64,000 nt of DNA, taken from the IMG/VR virus record IMGVR_UViG_3300029309_000018, positions 1,639 through 65,638 of that record. One strand, given 5' to 3'. Below, piece by piece: positions 28,135-36,600 of this stretch. This stretch comes from a virus (lineage: Duplodnaviria; Caudoviricetes). The translations under genes and the position numbers were made by a program. The notes below the pieces were generated by a model. The model did no database searches. It was given only the letters and a program-made list of their open reading frames with translations, and was not told the DNA's origin. Numbering within the stretch: position 1 is the first letter of the stretch; the number at the start of each line of letters is the position of its first letter.

Positions 28135-28405
28135 TAATAAAAACATTACCTTGCATACAATCTAAAATTAAACTTTCATCCAGATCCGGCCTTCTGGTGG
28201 CATAATAAATTAGGATTTCTACAGATACGTCACCCTCAAATAACTCGTCAAGTTTTTTGCACTGATATAAAAATGACACCGCATATTTTCTTGCCTTCTC
28301 AGATTTTATCGATACCGGCTTTCCTCTTATCGTGACTATCTTTCTGCTGTTAGCCTTGCTGGCTGGCTCCCCCTCAATCGTGAACTGATGTACTTTTATG
28401 GTCAT
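28007..28405 (-). CDS. rusA: RusA-like Holliday junction resolvase
   Basis: GEPASKANSR, RPDLD, ILDCMQG, NDRQV catalytic Asp pattern. Confidence 0.75.
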   Translation of the reverse strand: MTIKVHQFTIEGEPASKANSRKIVTIRGKPVSIKSEKARKYAVSFLYQCKKLDELFEGDVSVEILIYYATRRPDLDESLILDCMQGNVFINDRQVKQKHIYWGLDRDRPRAVIRVSALETGSIPSYLRCVSE

Positions 28406-28418
28406 ATAAAAACACCTA

Positions 28419-28447
28419 TTGACATTCATGAACAATGGCACTATCTA
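28419..28447 (+). promoter_or_regulatory. Sigma70-type promoter for the recombination operon
   Basis: TTGACA-17 nt-TATCTA upstream of RBS GGGAG and ATG at 28475. Confidence 0.55.
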
Positions 28448-28474
28448 TCAATATGTACTTGGGAGACTACACAC

Positions 28475-29344
28475 ATGAAGATCACTAACAATTATGACTT
28501 GCCTCAGTCTTTTGTCAACTTTGTCAGAAATGACAAGTATTCCAAAGGCGATGCAAACATTTCAGTGACATCAATAATCGATAGTCCGCGCATCAGACTT
28601 ATGCGTGACACGCATCGTGACGAGATGACCACGGACGTTAGCGATATGATATGGCCTTTGTTCGGCACTGCCGTGCATCACGTTCTTGAAAGCGCATCGA
28701 CTGATGATGGCGTGACCATAGAGGAGAGACTGTTCCACAAGATAAACAAGTGGGTTTTGTCTGGGGCAATAGACCATCAGAAAGAAGATGGTAAATCAAT
28801 TAGCATAACTGATTATAAAGTTACCAGTGTCTGGTCCGTCATTCATGGAAAAGTGGAATGGGAATATCAGCTTAACTGCTATGCGTATCTGATCGACAAA
28901 AACAAAGATTTGCCTGTGAAGTCTATACAGGTCGTTGCGATACTTAGGGACTGGAACAGAAGGGACGCTGAACGCCGCTCAGACTACCCACAAGCCCCTG
29001 TAGTGACCATAGACGTACCCCTGTGGCCTAAAGAGGACAGAGAGCGCTATGTGAGCGAGAGAGTGGCCTTACACCAGTCTGCCCAGATATCCTTTGACCT
29101 TGGCAAAGAATTGCCTGAGTGCAGTGACGAAGACAGATGGAAGCGTGGAGAGGCTTGGGCTGTAAAAAAGAAGGGCAACAAAAGAGCGCAAAGAGTTTTT
29201 GATAATGAGATCGCCGCACAGGAATTTATGGGTGATCAAACTAATCTGGAGATAGAACACCGCGAAGGTGAATATGTCCGATGTAAAGGCAACTACTGCG
29301 GTGTTGCCACATTTTGCTCACAGTATAGAGGAGATATAGAATGA
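28475..29344 (+). CDS. PD-(D/E)xK exonuclease (Cas4/RecE-like)
   Basis: GTAVH, SGAID, TDYKVT, QLNCY, C-terminal CxxxYCxVxxFC cysteine cluster. Confidence 0.8.
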   Translation: MKITNNYDLPQSFVNFVRNDKYSKGDANISVTSIIDSPRIRLMRDTHRDEMTTDVSDMIWPLFGTAVHHVLESASTDDGVTIEERLFHKINKWVLSGAIDHQKEDGKSISITDYKVTSVWSVIHGKVEWEYQLNCYAYLIDKNKDLPVKSIQVVAILRDWNRRDAERRSDYPQAPVVTIDVPLWPKEDRERYVSERVALHQSAQISFDLGKELPECSDEDRWKRGEAWAVKKKGNKRAQRVFDNEIAAQEFMGDQTNLEIEHREGEYVRCKGNYCGVATFCSQYRGDIE

Positions 29345-29982
29345 GCAGTACTTGGGAGACCTTATCTAAAATCGATGTTTCAGATCATACTGAAGAAAAG
29401 AATGGTCTGACGTATCTAAGCTGGGCTTGGGCGTGGGGAAAGGTGAAAGACAACTACCCCAAGGCTAGATATATAAAACGTATCTGGGATACGGAGTTGC
29501 CTTACACTAGAGATGATCAGGGTTATGCCTATGTCGAGGTGACGGTTATAATCGGTGATGAAGAGCAGAGCGAGTTGATGCCTGTTCTTGATTACAAAAA
29601 TCAGTCTGTAAAAAATCCAAACAGCTTCCAAGTCAACACGGCTTTGCAGAGATGCTTGGCTAAGTGTTGCGCGATGCACGGTCTGGGTCATTACATCTAT
29701 GCCGGTGAGGATTTACCGCAAGGTGTAGAAGAGCCTGAGCCAGAGGTATCGATACACCCTGCTGAGGGCGATGCCAAAGAGGCGAAAGGGTATAAGCTGA
29801 TATCAGAGATATTCATCACCTTTATACCTGACTGCCAAGATGTTGCCACCCTGCGTTCATTCTGGGGCAAGAACAAAGATGCTCTGGAAATTTTGAAGAA
29901 GGGCAACAAAGAATTGTATGAAAAAGTTCTAGGTAACTTTACTGAACACTCTGAAACTTTGAAAAAGGGAGAAGCGGCATGA
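29341..29982 (+). CDS. sak: Sak (Rad52-like, DUF1071) single-strand annealing protein
   Basis: LTYLSWAWAW, MPVLDYKN, QRCLAKCCAMHGLGHYIYAGED. Confidence 0.85.
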   Translation: MSSTWETLSKIDVSDHTEEKNGLTYLSWAWAWGKVKDNYPKARYIKRIWDTELPYTRDDQGYAYVEVTVIIGDEEQSELMPVLDYKNQSVKNPNSFQVNTALQRCLAKCCAMHGLGHYIYAGEDLPQGVEEPEPEVSIHPAEGDAKEAKGYKLISEIFITFIPDCQDVATLRSFWGKNKDALEILKKGNKELYEKVLGNFTEHSETLKKGEAA

Positions 29983-30278
29983 CTGAGTATCCACCATCTG
30001 GGGTCTTGTTTGCCAATAAGAAAAAAACAAAACAGAACTCGCCTGATTACACAGGCAATCTGGAACTGTCTGACGAGGTTGTAAATGATCTGGTCAGTCA
30101 AATGGAAAGGGGCGTGGAAAAGCCTAAAATAAATTTGGCCGGATGGAAGAAAGTCGCCAAGAAGACCGGCGATACATTCCTGTCTCTTCGTGGTTCGGCG
30201 TTTGAAGAGAGGGGTCGTCAGTCTGGCGGCTACGCCCCTGCAAAACAGGAACCTCTTGACGATGACATTCCGTTCTAA
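29979..30278 (+). CDS. Single-stranded DNA-binding protein-like
   Basis: SGVLFANK, PDYTG, LAGW, acidic DDDIPF tail. Confidence 0.7.
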   Translation: MTEYPPSGVLFANKKKTKQNSPDYTGNLELSDEVVNDLVSQMERGVEKPKINLAGWKKVAKKTGDTFLSLRGSAFEERGRQSGGYAPAKQEPLDDDIPF

Positions 30279-30549
30279 AAGAGTTCGGTCAAGTAAATAT
30301 CTGCGAACCTTGCGGGGGAGTCCATGCTTGGTTTGTGGGTATGGCGCAGAGGCGCACCATATCATGTTTGCGGAACCAAATGCCATGAGCATGAAAGTGG
30401 GAGATAACTGGTGTGTTCCTCTGTGCCACTCCTGTCATATGAAATTACATCACTATGGTGATGAAAGAACGTGGTGGGATCTACAAGGTATAGACCCTAT
30501 TAAGTGGGCTAGATCCAACTGGGAGAAATTTAATGAAGAATGCCAGTGA
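30262..30549 (+). CDS. HNH-like (DUF968/Ref-like) protein
   Basis: PCLVCG...AHHI...VPLCHSCHMKLH. Confidence 0.7.
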   Translation: MTFRSKRVRSSKYLRTLRGSPCLVCGYGAEAHHIMFAEPNAMSMKVGDNWCVPLCHSCHMKLHHYGDERTWWDLQGIDPIKWARSNWEKFNEECQ

Positions 30550-30727
30550 CATGACTGTGGAAGAGTTCGCTCTACACCTGCAACAGATGAAAGATAGGGT
30601 TTTGAATTTTCATCTTTACGGTGGTTCTAATGTTGGCAAAAGAACAGATCGTTCTTACGCCAATCAACAGAGGGGTAACTTTTTTGGAAACGTGTCGCTT
30701 TCATCAAAAGGTAAATATGATGGATAA
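30533..30727 (+). CDS. Hypothetical protein
   Basis: 64 aa in operon; GGGAG RBS. Confidence 0.5.
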   Translation: MKNASDMTVEEFALHLQQMKDRVLNFHLYGGSNVGKRTDRSYANQQRGNFFGNVSLSSKGKYDG

Positions 30728-31151
30728 CGTGAGAGATGCGGCTGTAAATTTTGAGGCCGTTAAAATATCAATGTCGCAAGACAAGAATGGGATAACACTA
30801 AGATTATCCCTGCATCCTAACGAGTGTCCACCTAGTCTGCATACCGACTGGGTTGGCTCACGTTACATGGTGGCAATGGTCAAGCTGAACGATCAGGACG
30901 AGCCAGAGATCCCCGATGAACAAAGAGAAATTAAGAAGATGATTGCAAGCGCAGGAATGCTGTGCAGGAACGATCATTTTGCACTTTTCCTTGGTGTCGA
31001 AGGTGGGGAAGATGAGGTGGCTAATATGTTGAGGCAAAAGCTGGGCATAAAATCTAGGTCTGAGTTTAACAACAACTCAGAGGCAAGACAAAAATTTACA
31101 AACCTGATTGAGGATTTTGAAAAATGGAAAAAGCTAGAAACCCGAATGTAG
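30717..31151 (+). CDS. Hypothetical protein
   Basis: Start MMDNVRD; FEAVK...LHP...GSRYMVAMV...AGMLCR. Confidence 0.65.
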   Translation: MMDNVRDAAVNFEAVKISMSQDKNGITLRLSLHPNECPPSLHTDWVGSRYMVAMVKLNDQDEPEIPDEQREIKKMIASAGMLCRNDHFALFLGVEGGEDEVANMLRQKLGIKSRSEFNNNSEARQKFTNLIEDFEKWKKLETRM

Positions 31152-31384
31152 CCCCAGAGACACTGGACGTAAATCACTTGGCTGAGATGCTTGGCATGTC
31201 TAGAACTGCGTTGTTCAAGATACGAAAGAACGACAGCACGTTCCCAGAGCCAGCATTCAAAAGTCCAAAGCGATGGACAAGATCACAGATTATCCAATGG
31301 CTAAACTACAAGGCCAACATAGTTGATGACGCTGAACAGGCTGGTAAAGAAGCCTATGGAAATGTCATAATTGAAAATAAATGA
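31124..31384 (+). CDS. AlpA/excisionase-like HTH DNA-binding protein
   Basis: LDVNHLAEMLGMSRTALFKIRK...FPEP...RWTRSQIIQWL. Confidence 0.75.
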   Translation: MEKARNPNVAPETLDVNHLAEMLGMSRTALFKIRKNDSTFPEPAFKSPKRWTRSQIIQWLNYKANIVDDAEQAGKEAYGNVIIENK

Positions 31385-31431
31385 CATTATTTGTATTTTG
31401 ATGGTTGACATTGTAAATGGGATGATTAACT

Positions 31432-31638
31432 ATGATAGAGAATTACAGAAGAGTTCAAGTGAAGTTGAAAGATTTGATAGATGAAATATGGAAGCATCCT
31501 GAGATTTGTTTATCAGATACAAATAATTTGGATGAATTTGTAAATAGCGTTCTTGAGGCTGAAAGCAACTTGAACAAATTGATATCATCTTTGGAAATGA
31601 AAGGACAAGAAGATGACTGTAACGAAAAAGACTGGTAA
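31432..31638 (+). CDS. Hypothetical protein
   Basis: 68 aa, AT-rich; preceded by TTGACA at 31405. Confidence 0.5.
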   Translation: MIENYRRVQVKLKDLIDEIWKHPEICLSDTNNLDEFVNSVLEAESNLNKLISSLEMKGQEDDCNEKDW

Positions 31639-32377
31639 TGAAACCATAGAACTACACGCACTAAAGCAAGGTCGCATCACATTGCGTATGATTGGTCAAA
31701 CACCATTGTACTTTAATTCGATGTCTGCCAAGTCAAAGCGTGATCTTTTAATTGGTGGTGGTAAGAAAACTGCCGCACAAAAAAAAGAAATCAAACACAA
31801 TCCTGAGCAAGAGTTTCAAGATAGTGTTTACACACAATCCAAAGGAGACACTTTACTTTGTTTTCCTGCGGCTGGTGTTAAACAGGCGATGGCTACTGCG
31901 GCACTGGAGACAGGTGGTATCACCAAGTCTAGTGTACAGCGTCTGATTTTTCTTCCACAAAGTCACATCAATATTTGGGGCAAGCCCTATTTGAAGATGG
32001 ATGTTGTTCGCTCTGCTGACATGAACAAAACACCTGATGTACGGACAAGGGCATTTCTGCCTGAGTGGTGTGCAGAGGTTGAGATACGCTTTGTCACCCC
32101 AACACTTGGGGGCATGGGTATTACGTCTTTGTTGCAGAACGCTGGAACCATATGTGGCATAGGTGACTTTCGCCAAGAAAAAGGCAAAGGTGGCTATGGC
32201 ACATGGACAGTATGCAGTGCTGAAGAGATGGAAGAGTTCCAAGATATCTGGGATCAAATCACAAAAGAAGGTCGTGATATCCAAGAGATCGCTATGCAAC
32301 AGCCTGTGTGTTTTGATGAAGAAACAGCAGAACTGATGCAGTTGTTGCAAGAAGAAAGGATACGCCGTGCGGCGTAA
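31613..32377 (+). CDS. Solo Cas7/RAMP-like protein (Vipr-like)
   Basis: RAMP signatures: first strand ITLRMIGQTPLYF, FPAAGVKQAM (cf. IPGSSLKG), thumb RTRAFLPEW, C-terminal Gly-rich loop GIGDFRQEKGKGGYGTW. Confidence 0.75.
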   Translation: MTVTKKTGNETIELHALKQGRITLRMIGQTPLYFNSMSAKSKRDLLIGGGKKTAAQKKEIKHNPEQEFQDSVYTQSKGDTLLCFPAAGVKQAMATAALETGGITKSSVQRLIFLPQSHINIWGKPYLKMDVVRSADMNKTPDVRTRAFLPEWCAEVEIRFVTPTLGGMGITSLLQNAGTICGIGDFRQEKGKGGYGTWTVCSAEEMEEFQDIWDQITKEGRDIQEIAMQQPVCFDEETAELMQLLQEERIRRAA

Positions 32378-32386
32378 TAAAGTGAT

Positions 32387-32850
32387 GGGGGCGGTGAAAG
32401 CCGCCCTCTTCAAACGGTCAAGGCGGTTGAGTTCTGTTGAGTTAGGGTTTGCTCAGGAAGTTCTGGTGTGGCAAGGCGTGTTAGGGCGGTTGAGTTCTGG
32501 CGAGTTCTGGCGATTTTTGTTTCGTTCTGGCATGGCGGTTTCGGCGGGGCTGGCTGGGTTTGGTCAGGTGCGTTACGGTCAGTCATGGCGGTCGGGGTTC
32601 GGCATGTTTTGGTGTTGTCCGGTTAGTCGCGGTAAGTTTAGGCGGTCAAGTCGGGGTCTGGCACGGTGAGTAGAGATATGGTTTGGTATGGCGGTCACGG
32701 TAAGATTATCTCTGTTGAGTCGGGTTATGTTGTGGCGTGGCGGTTTCGGCATGGTCAGGTCTGGCAGGGTTAGACGAGGTTTGTTGTGGCGGTTCTGTTA
32801 CGGCAAGTTATGGTCAGGCTGGGTATGTTGCGGTGTGGCGGTCTAGTTAA
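32387..32850 (+). ncRNA. Putative guide-RNA array of G[G/T]Y-NN pentamers with GGCG unit anchors and a 5' GAAA hairpin
   Basis: GGCGGT at 32422, 32485, 32534, 32587, 32641, 32690, 32739, 32788, 32837; units mostly 49 nt = GGCG + 9 pentamers; leader hairpin GGGGCGGT-GAAA-GCCGCCCT. Confidence 0.8.
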
Positions 32851-32867
32851 TTAAGAAAGGACGAAAA

Positions 32868-33362
32868 ATGAGTAGATTTAATAAAGCTACAAAACAAAAG
32901 ATAATTGATGATTATCTTAATAAGACTGGCAGGAACATCTGTATTCCAGATGAACTTGTTGCGTGGATGAAAACACAGACTGATCATGAGGCTTATGATA
33001 TCTTCACTTGGGATGAAGAAGAAGCCGCACATGCTCATCGTGTAGATCAGGCTAGGCGTTTCATTAGTGGGCTTCGCATAACCATAAAGACTGAGATCAT
33101 AGAAAGTGAGGTCAGGGCTATCAAGGTGACTGAGTACCCTGCTTTCATATCTCCTCGCTCTACTAGGAAGGAAGGCGGCGGCTATGTGCCTTTCAATCCG
33201 GATGATGAGATGTCACAGTCGGAGTTACGCAAACAGGCTGGCATAGCACTGGCAGGATGGCTCAACAGGTATCGTGGATGTGCTGAGAATATCGGCTTGG
33301 ACATGGATAATGTTGAAGAAATGGTTAGGGTCTTGCGTGATGACAAAGAAGAAGCCGCCTAA
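32868..33362 (+). CDS. Partner protein of the RAMP/array locus
   Basis: 164 aa; HEAYDIFTWDEEEAAHAHRVDQARRFI motif; AAGGA RBS directly after the array. Confidence 0.75.
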   Translation: MSRFNKATKQKIIDDYLNKTGRNICIPDELVAWMKTQTDHEAYDIFTWDEEEAAHAHRVDQARRFISGLRITIKTEIIESEVRAIKVTEYPAFISPRSTRKEGGGYVPFNPDDEMSQSELRKQAGIALAGWLNRYRGCAENIGLDMDNVEEMVRVLRDDKEEAA

Positions 33363-33612
33363 AGAACTTGGGTATCATTGCTTCATAAGTCTTGATTGCG
33401 TTGATATGCCCTTGGCACACAAGTTTAAAATAATAGAAAACTTAGAAAAGTTAGGGGTCGATTTGATCCCTAACTTTCATACACAACAATGCAAAGTATG
33501 CTATAAGACCTTCATCTCTAAGCGGTCGGACACTATGTATTGTTCTGATGCCTGTAATACTAGATATCTGAGAAACAAAAAAGTTACAGGTAACTTTACA
33601 AATCTTTCATAA
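33340..33612 (+). CDS. Small zinc-finger protein
   Basis: CKVC...YCSDAC motif; start uncertain. Confidence 0.55.
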   Translation: MTKKKPPKELGYHCFISLDCVDMPLAHKFKIIENLEKLGVDLIPNFHTQQCKVCYKTFISKRSDTMYCSDACNTRYLRNKKVTGNFTNLS

Positions 33613-36600
33613 GAACATTGCCTCGTTGGACAATAGTTTCTACTTGCTCACTCATTCTCTCAAGTATCTTTTGTTTCTGCTCTTCTGGTATCCTTGGATT
33701 GTCCTTGATCTGAGCCATCTTCCGAAGGAGCCTGTTCCGTCCGTTGTTGATAGATTTTATGGCTCCTGCGATACGCAGCTCGTCTGCATATTTTTCTCTC
33801 GCTCTATCAATTAAGGCTCGGTCACCTCTTTCCAGACCATCCATCAGCACTTCTCTTGCTTGCAGGACTCTGTCTCTCTTGTCTATGTATGTGCTTAAAT
33901 CTTCTCTGTTAGACACTGAGTACACAACCTTTCTGGTAAAAGGTATTTTTCTGGTCATGTCATCTGAGAAGCCCTCTTCCAAAGCCTTTGGCAGTGTGAC
34001 AGCGGCAAAGTCACCTGTCATTTGAGTAAATCTTCCTATGCCACCTGTTAGATAGCCCACCCAGAACTCAATAACATCAGGAGATACATCAAGCGTTCCT
34101 TTTTCTATGGTAGATCCATCAAGACTATTCAGCCAGTTCGCTATCCACTTGGCCGAAGGGGATGTCGTTGACCAGTACAACTGACTATCAGGTGGCGGTG
34201 TAGGATCAAATGGAGATGTCTCTTTATATATTGGCTTATTAGCAAAGTCCTCGTTTTGCACTAAATCAATAAACGGATCTGCTACTGTGGGCGCTACAAA
34301 GTTAGCAAAACTTTCTGTGCCACCCAAAGGATTTAGCGTGTCGATCATTGTCATTATGGCTGAGTCTGCGGCTTCCGATGGAGAGTATCCACCTCTTACC
34401 ATTCTGCTGAGTGAGCGCCCGATATTTACTGCCATGTTTAAACCATAAGGCATGGGTATGGTTATGTGAGATCTGTCTGTAACTCCAATTGGGTCACGAA
34501 ATATTATATTATGCTCTAGTATGTAATCTGGGACTTTGTCATAAACCAACTGACCATCTTCATCCTCTTCTGAAAAAGCAGCATTCACCTGATCTAACAC
34601 AAGACCAGAAACCATTAGGCCAACCCATATCTTGCGAACCTTAGCAGATCTAGTTGCTGCACTAAGCATGGCAAACGTGCCTTGGAGAGAAGCATTGTAG
34701 AACAGATACATGGAGTTCATGAGGGTTTTGTATTCACCGCCCTTAGCAAAATCCACTGTCACATTACGAGCGGCAAAGGCGGCTCTTTGCTCTCCTATTC
34801 TTGGGGCAAGAGCCTTGAAGGTGGCAACACGGATAGCGTTCTCAGCAACGGTGTTGTAATCCTCTAGAAACTTCAACATGCTCCCGGTCTTTTTGCCTAT
34901 GAAACTATTTTTAACAGCGTTCCACTGACCCCTTGCACCCTGTTCCGCGATATCATCAGTCAGCTTTTTAATATTTGCTATCTGATCACTTAGATCGCTG
35001 ATCTGATTTGTGGCATTCTGACCACCAGCTCTTTGGAATCTTCTGAAAAGAGCCGCGCCTGTGAGTTCTGATACAGGAATATTAGGATCGTCTTGGACAT
35101 TCTCGTCATCCCTAATCACTCTCCTCAAAGAGCCAAAAGCCTCTTTCATGTTTCTTGCAACTTCTGATGTCAGCCCTTTTATTTCATACTGATTTACGTT
35201 GACACCTGCTGTCTGTATGTCTCTGAACAAGTTTGTTATAATAAACTCAGGGTTTAGAGATGTATTAATGTTGGAAAGATATCTGTTTATCTTACCAAGA
35301 CCTCTAACAACGGCGTTTGATGTCTGTGTCGAGACACCCGTGCTACCCTTCAAAGCATTTGCCAGTCTTCGATCCCTAACCTCTATGTAAACATGCTTGC
35401 CGTTCTCTTTTACGGCAACGATGTTTGGATCGTTCATAGCATTTCTGTCAACTATCGTCCTGACAGAACCCTTCACAAGACCTCTTGTAAGAGGGATGCT
35501 ATCCAACTCTTGTGCAAACTGACTGGTTATTTGCTTGTCTGCTCGCAGTAATTTCAAAAATGACAAACCAACTTTATTACGCTCTGATCTTATGACTGCG
35601 TTTTGATTTTGCAGGAAGGTAGCGGCTAATATGTTTGTTGCATATTCCTGCCTGCCAAGAGCCTTTCTGTCTTCCCTGCCCCTTACTGAATATCCTTTGT
35701 TAGTGACTGCTCCTGTGTAGTATCCGTCTTCAGACGCTTCGCCATCTGAATCGAATATGCCCCTGAGAGGTACATAGTTATCGTACTGAGGAGGTTGTTT
35801 AACCTCACCACTTTCAAGAGTGATAGGCTCGTTGCTGTTAAAATCAGGTGTCAGACCAGATGCAACTCTTATAGCGTTCGTATCATCGACTACCTCACGC
35901 ACACTCTCCCTTATGTTAGAGAGCAGATCCCTGTTGCTTGGATCTAGCGAATCTACCCACGACAGGATGTAGTCTGCTTCGGCATCTGTCATGCCTGATC
36001 CGTTGTCTAGGTCATTGTTAATGGAGCTTATGTATGCGTTTCTTTCTTTGGCATGTAATGCGTATAAGAAAGCATCCACCACTGCCATTCTCTTGCTTCC
36101 AGTCTCTTTCAATGACTGGGCGGCATAGCTACCCTTGTCAAACTCGTTGCTGAAGCTACGCCCCTCCAATCTTGCAAAGTCATCATCAGAAACATTTATG
36201 TTGCTTACGAGTCTGGCTATAGGCTCGTACATGTCTTTCTGCTTTGAGTTTATTATATCCCCTGTCTTGCCGTGGAATAATGTCTCTTGAAGATATGTAT
36301 CCATGCCATCTGCGATGGTCATGCCCTGTTCTTTTAACTTGTCTATCATGATGCCTACAGGCAGAAAGGCATCTTGGAATTTTGTTATAAATCCCTGAGA
36401 TATGTCTCTTGCTTTTTGTTCGCTGACCAAGCCACGCAGACCAACAATCTTTGCTATCGTGTTATATGCAGAAGAGTAGCTTATGTGATTGTTGCTTTCG
36501 TTTGCTACAAAACTCGTAGACCCTGTGTCTATCGGTGCGTAAGCTGACCTAGAGAATGATCTGCTCAACTTTCTGGCTTTTAAATCTGGATAAGCTGTTC

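Noticed and set aside
28475-29344. Cas4-like nuclease as the adaptation module of the RAMP locus
   Set aside because: It is coupled to Sak and SSB in an ordinary phage recombination operon, 2.3 kb away; nothing links it to the array.
31124-31384. Evidence of a prophage or integration module
   Set aside because: An AlpA/Xis-like HTH is present, but no integrase, att site or host genes were seen.
31405-31436. Promoter for the RAMP operon
   Set aside because: TTGACA is perfect but the best -10 (TATGAT) is 20 nt away; too weak to call.
32367-32669. 100-aa plus-strand ORF over the array
   Set aside because: It is a by-product of the G/T-rich repeat: no RBS, low-complexity Gly/Arg/Phe sequence, and a 5-nt period incompatible with codon structure.
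32485-32836. Reading the NN strings as codon positions 1-2 gives protein-like peptides
   Set aside because: Any dinucleotide series can be read this way without a forced stop, so it is not evidence. No self-target was spotted, but I could not search exhaustively.
32422-32850. Classical CRISPR array
   Set aside because: No 23-47 nt identical direct repeats with unique spacers; the constant and variable bases are interleaved every 5 nt.
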